DNA of 64,000 nucleotides from a plasmid: NCBI RefSeq assembly GCF_054482525.1, contig NZ_JBTHVG010000007.1; one strand, 5' to 3'. Shown piece by piece: positions 56,668 to 64,000 of this stretch (position 1 is its first letter; each line of letters starts with the position of its first letter). The notes under the pieces were generated by a model. It saw only the letters and a program-made list of their open reading frames with translations, ran no database searches and was not told where the DNA came from. The position numbers and the translations under genes were made by a program.

Positions 56668-57102
56668 TCATTTAAAGGCAGACTTTCCAGCAAATTGCGC
56701 CGATGAACCCAGTTCATCCTCAATTCTCATAAGCTGGTTATATTTTTCAATACGCTCACCCCGGCATGGAGCTCCCGTTTTGAGATGACCTGCGCGCATT
56801 GCAACTGTCATATCGGCGATAAAGCTGTCCACTGTCTCACCACTGCGGTGTGAGATAAAGGTGCCCCAGTTGTTGTCATGGCAAAGTTGTACCGCATCAA
56901 AGGTTTCACTCAGGGAACCAATCTGGTTGAGTTTAATCAATGCTGAATTGGCAAGGTTTTCGTCAATGCCGCGCTGAATATACTTTACGTTGGTCACAAA
57001 CAGATCGTCGCCAACCAATTCTATCTGCTCTCCCAATGCACCATGCAGGATTTTCCATCCAGCCCAGTCATCTTCAGCTACCGTTAAGGGCAGGAAGATC
57101 AA
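56668..57102 (-). pseudogene. eno: enolase 3' fragment (about the C-terminal 144 codons)
   Basis: [10 protein letters not shown]...[13 protein letters not shown]...[49 protein letters not shown] matches the enolase C-terminal domain; no room for the N-terminal 290 aa before sitD. Confidence 0.8.
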
Positions 57103-57569
57103 CTAGGTGCTCTGGGGCTGGTGACCAATGCGGTTGTGCTGTGAAACACACTTTACATGCAGGAGGCGTTGTCACATCTTCGCAAATCGGGAGAAACTCC
57201 TGAGGAGTAGCATCCGGCAAGATTATCGCTGCTGATACATAGCCATATAAATATGCTGGGGCATTATACGTCTTCGTTACCGGAAGATATTCTTAAGGGT
57301 GAGTTAAGATCATTAAACTTCAATACAAACAATTAATTAAACTCTTAGCGTGGTTTTTTACATCACTGGCCCTCGCCCCCCAATTTTCTCTATGTTTTGC
57401 CACTACTTCCCTCATTTTACTGCGCTGTTTGCTACCCCTGAGAATCGACATTACTTGCTATCCAGTCCGCAGCAACTCTCTGGCAACAAAACTTATCAGA
57501 ATCATAAGTCTGTGCATTATTCGTTCAAGCGCATCGCCAATAAGCGGATGTTGCTGGCCGAGTGTTCTG

Positions 57570-58427
57570 CTAATCGGATGATAACAAATCCCGTGGTTCG
57601 GCATTTTCCTTTGTGCGTGCGTTGATGCTGGTAACGGTAAACGTCATGATGAACATGACCGCGAATAAGACAACAATTGTCGGAGCTGGCGCGCTGTCGA
57701 TAAAAAAGGACAGCCAGACACCAGTCATTGAGACCAATATCGATATGCCAGTCGCCAGCAGGAGCGCAATATGAAAGCGTTGTGTCAGGAGTACCGCAAT
57801 GGCACCAGGCGCAATGAGAAGAGAAATAGAGAGAATGATACCTACCGCTTTCAGCGTCGCCACAATGGTCAGGGAGACCATGCACAGCAGCCCATAATGC
57901 AGCCATCTCGTATGCAAACCGCTTGCCTGCGCCTGTTGATAATCAAAGCTGAACAGCAAAAAATCCCGCCATTTTACGCTAATAACAAGTGTAACCAGTC
58001 CGGCAATAATCACCGTCTGGATTATATCGCCGATGGTTATCCCGAGCATGTCGCCGAAAAGAATATGATCAAGATGTACGTCTGGTTTGACTGCAATATA
58101 CAAGATCAGACCTGCGGCAAACATGCCAGAAAAAACAATCCCCATCACTGTATCTTGCTTGATTCGGCTGTTGTCTTTCAGGTATCCCGTCGCCACCGCA
58201 CAGAATACTCCGGCGACGAATGCCCCTGTAGCCAGAGGTAACCCCAGAATCCAGGCAAGCACGATGCCAGGAAAAACCGCATGACTCATCGCGTCACCCA
58301 TCAGTGCCCAACTTTTCAGGACCAGAAAGACCGACAGCAGCGCACAGGGTATGGAAACTACCAGTGAAATCAGCAGTGCGTGACTCATAAAGGTGAACTG
58401 CAGTGGCTCCAGTAATAATGCCATCAT
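57570..58427 (-). CDS. sitD: SitD Mn/Fe ABC transporter permease
   Basis: 285-aa permease, last gene of the four-gene block. Confidence 0.85.
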   Translation of the reverse strand: MMALLLEPLQFTFMSHALLISLVVSIPCALLSVFLVLKSWALMGDAMSHAVFPGIVLAWILGLPLATGAFVAGVFCAVATGYLKDNSRIKQDTVMGIVFSGMFAAGLILYIAVKPDVHLDHILFGDMLGITIGDIIQTVIIAGLVTLVISVKWRDFLLFSFDYQQAQASGLHTRWLHYGLLCMVSLTIVATLKAVGIILSISLLIAPGAIAVLLTQRFHIALLLATGISILVSMTGVWLSFFIDSAPAPTIVVLFAVMFIMTFTVTSINARTKENAEPRDLLSSD

Positions 58428-59281
58428 GAGCGATCCTCCAGCGCTTTATGCGCACGCCGACGATTTGCCAAAAGCCCATGGGTGGGCGCAAAGACAAATG
58501 CTAAAAGAAACAGCAGTGTCTGCGCCACCACGATGATTCCACCTGTCGCGCCGTCCAGAAAGTAACTGACCCACGCGCCGAGGAAACTGGTCACACTGCC
58601 AATAGTTACAGCAATCATGAGCAGGCGGGGAAAACGATCGGTTAACAACCATGCTGTTGCACCGGGAGTCACCACCAGACAGATCACCAGAAAGGCACCA
58701 ACCGTTTGCAGCGCCGCAACGGTCGAAACCGACAGCAGGGTGAAGAAGAGGATTTTTAATCTGCCCGGATGCAATCCAATAGCACGGGCGTGATTCTCGT
58801 CGAAAAAGGTCACCATAAGATCTTTCCATTTGAAAAAAAGCACGATGATCGAGAGAATGCCAATGATAGTGAGTTGCAGGATATCCGCCGGATCGATTGC
58901 CAGAATATTGCCCAGGACGATGGTCTGAATGTTCACGGATGTCGGGTTCAATGACACCATAAACAGCCCCAGGCCAAAAAAGGACGAGAAGATCAGGCCG
59001 ATGATGGCATCTTCTTTTAAGCGAGTGAGTTGGTTAAGAAACAGCATGCTGCCCGCTGCCAGTCCGCCGGAAAAGAAGGCTCCCAGAGAAAACGGAAGCC
59101 CCAGCATATATGCCCCCGCAACACCCGGGACAATAGAGTGCGACAGCGCATCGCCAATCAGCGACCAGCCTTTTAGCATCAGATAGCATGACAGGAAAGC
59201 GCAGAGACCGCCGACCATCGCCGAGACCCACATCGCATTGAGCATATATTCATAGCTGAAGGGTTCCAGTAGCACGTTCAT
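58424..59281 (-). CDS. sitC: SitC Mn/Fe ABC transporter permease
   Basis: 285-aa permease. Confidence 0.85.
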   Translation of the reverse strand: MNVLLEPFSYEYMLNAMWVSAMVGGLCAFLSCYLMLKGWSLIGDALSHSIVPGVAGAYMLGLPFSLGAFFSGGLAAGSMLFLNQLTRLKEDAIIGLIFSSFFGLGLFMVSLNPTSVNIQTIVLGNILAIDPADILQLTIIGILSIIVLFFKWKDLMVTFFDENHARAIGLHPGRLKILFFTLLSVSTVAALQTVGAFLVICLVVTPGATAWLLTDRFPRLLMIAVTIGSVTSFLGAWVSYFLDGATGGIIVVAQTLLFLLAFVFAPTHGLLANRRRAHKALEDRS

Positions 59282-60105
59282 CTTTCTTCCCTCTGCACCG
59301 CTGACGGTCGATGTGCCACAAAAGGGCGTTCATCGTCAGTAATAATGCTTTCTTCCGAGCCGTTAAGTGTGACATGGCGCAGTACGCCGCTAAAAGCCAG
59401 CTCCAGGTTCTCGGCTGTAAAAGTGGTGTCTGTCGGCCCGCTTGCCAGGACGGTGCCTTTGACCATGACCGTATAATCGCAAAATGTCGTGACGGATCCG
59501 AGATTGTGCGTTGAGACAAGCATCGTTTTGCCTTCCGCGCGTAACTCCCTCAACAGGCTGATGATTTTCGCTTCGGTTTTCACATCAACGCCGGTAAAAG
59601 GTTCATCCAGCAGGATCACATCACCCTGCTGTGCAATCGCTCTCGCCAGAAAGACGCGTTTCTTTTGTCCACCGGAAAGCTCGCCGATTTGTCGATGGCG
59701 AAAATCCACCATATCGACACGTTCCAGCGCATCGGTGACAATCTGACGATCCCTCTTTTTGGCGATACGCAACATACCCATATGCCCATAGCGGCCCATC
59801 ATCACCACATCTTCCACCAGTACAGGAAATGACCAGTCAACCTCTTCTGACTGAGGGACGTAGGCAACCAGGTTTTTCTGTAGCGCCTGTCGTGTGGGAA
59901 TACCCAGAACAGATATCTTCCCGCTGGTCAGACGCACAAATCCCATAATCGCTTTAAACAACGTCGATTTTCCGGAACCGTTTACCCCAACCAGAGCGGC
60001 AATAGATCCGCCTGGTACTGTGAAGGATGCATCGCGCAGTGCTGTGTGCCCGTTACGCCAGGTGACAGTAACATCATTAACGACAATGCCTGCAGATTGC
60101 ATCAT
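59278..60105 (-). CDS. sitB: SitB Mn/Fe ABC transporter ATPase
   Basis: 275 aa with Walker [10 protein letters not shown] and ABC signature LSGGQKKR. Confidence 0.9.
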   Translation of the reverse strand: MMQSAGIVVNDVTVTWRNGHTALRDASFTVPGGSIAALVGVNGSGKSTLFKAIMGFVRLTSGKISVLGIPTRQALQKNLVAYVPQSEEVDWSFPVLVEDVVMMGRYGHMGMLRIAKKRDRQIVTDALERVDMVDFRHRQIGELSGGQKKRVFLARAIAQQGDVILLDEPFTGVDVKTEAKIISLLRELRAEGKTMLVSTHNLGSVTTFCDYTVMVKGTVLASGPTDTTFTAENLELAFSGVLRHVTLNGSEESIITDDERPFVAHRPSAVQREER

Positions 60106-61019
60106 TATTTCTCCCTTTTTCCGGCTTTAATTCCCTGTACCAGCGTACTGGTAGTAACCTTCAGAAGGTCGATATACGTAGGTACCGGGCCGTTTTCTGT
60201 GCTCAGGGAATCGACATAGAGCACACCACCGTAGTGCGCGCCGGTTTCACGCGCAACCTGACGCGCTGGTTTATCGGAAATCGTACTCTCGCTAAAGACT
60301 GCCGGGATATGATTTTTCTTAACTATATCAACAACCTTACGTACCTGCTGCGGTGTTCCTTGTTGATCGGCATTAATCGGCCACAGATAAAGCTCTTTTA
60401 GCCCCAAATCGCGTGCGAGATAAGAAAAAGCCCCTTCACTGGTGACCATCCATCGCTGATTCTCAGGGAGTTCCGCAATCTGCTTACGCAGGGGGGCAAG
60501 GGTTTGGGTAATCTTGGCTTTATAAGTATCGGCATTACGTTGGTAGGTTTGTGCATTTGCCGGATCGTATTTTATAAACGCATCACGAATATTATCGACG
60601 TAAATCAGAGCATTATCTGGCGACATCCAGGCATGGGGGTTAGGTTTGCCCTCATAGGGCCCTTCGGTGATCCCTACTGGCGTCACACCCGAAGAGACAA
60701 TTACTTCTGGAACCCCATTGAGATGCTGGTAAAAGCGTTGGAACCACAATTCCAGATTCATACCATTGGCGAGAATCAGTTGTGCCCCCTGCGCACGTTT
60801 AATATCGCCAGGGGTAGGCTGATACTCATGAATTTCTGCACCAGGCTTGGTTATGGATGAGACTTCTGCAGCATCTCCAGCCACGTTTTTGGCCATATCT
60901 GCGATGATGGTAAAAGTTGTAATGACCTTGAATTTTTCAGCTGCACTCGCCTGAAATGCTATCGAGCAGGTGAGGACTAGGCACCCCAAGAGCATGGTTA
61001 CTTTTTTTATTGAGAGCAT
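60105..61019 (-). CDS. sitA: SitA periplasmic metal-binding protein
   Basis: 304 aa with signal peptide; first gene of the operon. Confidence 0.88.
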   Translation of the reverse strand: MLSIKKVTMLLGCLVLTCSIAFQASAAEKFKVITTFTIIADMAKNVAGDAAEVSSITKPGAEIHEYQPTPGDIKRAQGAQLILANGMNLELWFQRFYQHLNGVPEVIVSSGVTPVGITEGPYEGKPNPHAWMSPDNALIYVDNIRDAFIKYDPANAQTYQRNADTYKAKITQTLAPLRKQIAELPENQRWMVTSEGAFSYLARDLGLKELYLWPINADQQGTPQQVRKVVDIVKKNHIPAVFSESTISDKPARQVARETGAHYGGVLYVDSLSTENGPVPTYIDLLKVTTSTLVQGIKAGKREK

Positions 61020-61085
61020 GATTTAGTACCTATAGTGAGCAAAATTAGAATAAACATAGCAACTACTATGTTTTATAGCAGAAGC

Positions 61086-61106
61086 TATAAAATGTAAATA
61101 ATTATC
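61086..61106. promoter_or_regulatory. putative Fur/MntR operator upstream of sitA
   Basis: taaataattatcattagcgat resembles the GATAATGATAATCATTATC consensus. Confidence 0.45.
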
Positions 61107-61374
61107 ATTAGCGATTATAAGATCCCAACACAGGGATTAGGTTATTTCCTGCTGACGATGTGGTATTGAGGATAAAAGTTGGGCAGCGCTTTGGCTTTAA
61201 AATGAACTTGTTCAGGACGATTGGTAATGGCAAAGCAAAAATAATGTAGGTTATTGGCAAGTTCTCTAGGACGCAGGAGAGCATGAAAAACCCAGGGGCA
61301 GTCACTAAATGAAGGGATCGGTGATGCTGCCAACTTACTGATTTAGTGTATGATGGTGTTTTTGAGGTGCTCCA

Positions 61375-61650
61375 GTGGCTTCTGTTTCTATCAGCTGTCC
61401 CTCCTGTTCAGCTACTGACGGGGTGGTGCGTAACGGCAAAAGCACCGCCGGACATCAGCGCTATCTCTGCTCTCACTGCCGTAAAACATGGCAACTGCAG
61501 TTCACTTACACCGCTTCTCAACCCGGTACGCACCAGAAAATCATTGATATGGCCATGAATGGCGTTGGATGCCGGGCAACTGCCCGCATTATGGGCGTTG
61601 GCCTCAACACGATTTTACGTCACTTAAAAAACTCAGGCCGCAGTCGGTAA
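61375..61650 (+). CDS. insA: IS1 InsA
   Basis: 91 aa, identical to the copy A protein. Confidence 0.95.
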
Positions 61651-62072
61651 CCTCGCGCATACAGCCGGGCAGTGACGTCATCGTCTGCGCGGAAATGGAC
61701 GAACAGTGGGGCTATGTCGGGGCTAAATCGCGCCAGCGCTGGCTGTTTTACGCGTATGACAGTCTCCGGAAGACGGTTGTTGCGCACGTATTCGGTGAAC
61801 GCACTATGGCGACGCTGGGGCGTCTTATGAGCCTGCTGTCACCCTTTGACGTGGTGATATGGATGACGGATGGCTGGCCGCTGTATGAATCCCGCCTGAA
61901 GGGAAAGCTGCACGTAATCAGCAAGCGATATACGCAGCGAATTGAGCGGCATAACCTGAATCTGAGGCAGCACCTGGCACGGCTGGGACGGAAGTCGCTG
62001 TCGTTCTCAAAATCGGTGGAGCTGCATGACAAAGTCATCGGGCATTATCTGAACATAAAACACTATCAATAA
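61569..62072 (+). CDS. insB: IS1 InsB
   Basis: 167 aa, identical to the copy A protein. Confidence 0.9.
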
Positions 62073-62251
62073 GTTGGAGTCATTACCTGCTTTTTCGGTT
62101 GAAAAGAAATTGATTGAATTACTGGAAAAACAATCTGGTCTCCATACGTCTGTGGATTGCAGTACTCCCCTTACAGAGCAGAGTCTGTCGAGAAATGACG
62201 GTGAAGACCAGACCAGAAGAAACGCTGAAAATATGTTCGGAGATGACTGAA

Positions 62252-62641
62252 CTAACCCAGCCTGGCCAGGGGAATATCTCGCCATTTAGTTGTATAACAC
62301 TGACTCAACATTTCCCGTTTCATTTGCCATTCAGGGGCGGTTCCTCGCCCCGCAAACCACACTTTCCCTTTTCCCGACTGGTTCAGTTCATCGAGTGTTT
62401 TCATTAACTTTTCACTGTTTTTACGGGGCTGGATTTCATCAAATAATCCCGGCTGCGCTATACCCGATGGTGTGAAATCAGCCAGCATGACTCCTGCCTT
62501 CATATAGCGGTACCCTTCACGCCAGACATGGTTTAAGGCTCTGCATGCGGCGGCAATAATGTCCCGGCTGTCCTGTGTGGGCAATGAAAGCTTTTCCACA
62601 GCGGCATTGCTGTAACAGGGTTCAGGGGGATGTCCGTACAA
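62252..62641 (-). pseudogene. 3' fragment of a umuC-family (Y-family translesion polymerase) gene
   Basis: C-terminus YRYMKAGVMLADF...GLFDE...VWFAGRG...WQMKREMLSQCYTTKW parallels the UmuC/MucB C-terminal region; the 5' two-thirds is missing. Confidence 0.65.
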
Positions 62642-62643
62642 AT

Positions 62644-63356
62644 GTCGTCACCTGCCGGCAATACTGACGCTCCCCACGTAGTTTCTCTGCGGCCCGCTCT
62701 GCATACTGAACAACAGCCTGGTGCATGGCATCTTTGTCTGTGATTCGTTCACCAAAACTGCGACTATGTCAACGCCACGATGTTTGACCGTTATTTGCCA
62801 TTTTCATGCCCGCTAAATACTTTCGTTACTGATGCTGTCCGCTTTGCACCATTTCATCATCACTGATTGGCGTTGTGTTTTTGGTCAGCACTCCAGCTTT
62901 ACGTTTCTCTTTTAACCGGTAACTCTCTCCTTGTTCTTTTTGACGGACGCATTTTACGTTTGGGCTGGATGTAGTAACGCAGCATGGAACGTCCGCCCGT
63001 ATAACCCATTGCCTTAATCTCCGCGAAGATAACCTCGCTATTCCAGACATTCTCTGCCAGGCGCATGTCGATGTAATCCATAAACGGTTTCAGCTTAACC
63101 ATTTTGTGGCGGGTCTTTCTGGCTGGCGGTTCAGGGTATTTGAGGTAGCGTCTGACCGTCCGTTCAGAGCAACCAATCTGAGCCGCAATATCGACAATGT
63201 ACGCGCCCTGCTGGCGCATTTGCTTTATCATGTAAAAGTCCTCTCTGCTCAGCATGTTGATGTCCTTTCTGGTGTGAGAACCTTAAGGAAACAACATGTT
63301 GGGTGGAGCGGACAATCCAAATGGTGAATTACCGTCTTATATCACTGGCGCTGACA
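62644..63356 (-). mobile_element. internally deleted IS21-family element remnant
   Basis: IstA N-terminal HTH fragment (MLSREDFYMIKQMRQQGAYIVDIAAQIGCSERTVRRYLK) joined to an IstB C-terminal motif (ESYRLKEKRKAG); outer end TGTCAGCGCCAGTGATATAAG at 63356; inner end approximate. Confidence 0.6.
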
Positions 63357-64000
63357 CCTGTAGTTTGTATACACAATCCCTGGCATTGAAACACACATAT
63401 GAAGTGTACTTCGGATATGACCGTACGCTCAGGAAGTACGGCAGATTCCGTCAAAAATTACCTGTAAAGACAGACATCAGAAAAAACAGTGCTCGCCGCA
63501 GACCGGTGACCGGGCGAAGCCCGCGAACCGGCGAGGAAGCGCAATGTATCTGTAGTTACAGGGAGCAGGTACGCCCTGAAGCCCTTTCATAAAACGGTTG
63601 TGTGCGCTGTCCTTCTGGAATGATTTATCCACATATCCGGAGGCCCGATCCAGTAAACAGATCCATGAATGATCAACAAAGGATCCATTAAAGATCCCCA
63701 TATCGCTGCAAACCTTGTCACTCATGGGCCGGGACCACGATCACATAAGCTGTGGCATGTTACTGATAAACTGTAACATGCTAATGATAAGCTGTATTCA
63801 GTAATCCATATACTGAAGTAAGTTAATGACATAAACTATGGTCAGTATGCCAGACTCAGTTGTTAAATACAGGCTGCAGGTTTTTCTTCAGTCAGTTAGC
63901 GGAGTTCTGACACACGATTTTCTGTTTATTCTTTTACTGTCCACAGGCTGGAGGCTTTCTGGAAAACGAAAATTCAGACATCAAAAAACTGTTCGGCGAG

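Larger units (their letters stand above)
61320..62087 (+). mobile_element. IS1 copy B
   Basis: 768 bp, termini GGTGATGCTGCCAACTTACTGAT ... AATAAGTTGGAGTCATTACC; encoded InsA and InsB are identical to copy A; inverted relative to copy A. Confidence 0.95.

Noticed and set aside
56399-56671. 90-aa hydrophobic ORF between crcB and the enolase fragment
   Set aside because: It could be a small membrane protein but overlaps the eno fragment terminus and has no supporting context; left uncalled.
63296-63725. overlapping ORFs of 98 aa (plus) and 82 aa (minus) at the right edge
   Set aside because: No recognisable domain; the minus-strand ORF could be a transposase fragment, but I cannot support that from sequence alone.

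Overview
This window reads as one contiguous stretch of an F-like (IncF) conjugative virulence plasmid of the ColV type. All calls rest on reading the six-frame translations and the DNA by eye; no database search was run. Positions 165-33286 hold an essentially complete F-type transfer operon on the minus strand (traM, traJ, traY, traA, traL, traE, traK, traB, traP, trbD, trbG, traV, traR, traC, trbI, traW, traU, trbC, traN, trbE, traF, trbA with artA opposite, traQ, trbB, trbJ, trbF, traH, traG, traS, traT, traD, traI, traX), with protein lengths matching F almost one for one. A vapBC toxin-antitoxin pair sits on the plus strand in the traD-traI spacer, and an alpha/beta hydrolase follows traX. 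oriT (F-type nic motif near 33608/33609) is followed by a leading region: gene X (orf169 transglycosylase), orf273 (DUF932-like), orf95, hok/mok/sok, psiA, psiB and ssb. Two copies of a roughly 360-bp GC-rich structured repeat (Frpo/ssi-like, putative single-strand promoters) lie upstream of the leading-gene blocks; copy 1 is split by an intact 1954-bp IS100 with a 5-bp CCGGG target duplication. sopA-sopB-sopC partition functions follow. Two inverted IS1 copies (45070-45837 and 61320-62087) then bracket a 15.5-kb iron-acquisition island: iutA-iucDCBA aerobactin with its canonical Fur box, divergent shiF, crcB, a 3' enolase fragment, and sitABCD. The right edge is decayed DNA: a umuC-family 3' fragment and an internally deleted IS21-family element. 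I did not find a convincingly new multi-gene system; the most interesting unexplained structures are the inverted repeats bracketing the crcB-eno' segment, the IS100-split structured repeat, and vapBC lying antisense within the tra transcript path.
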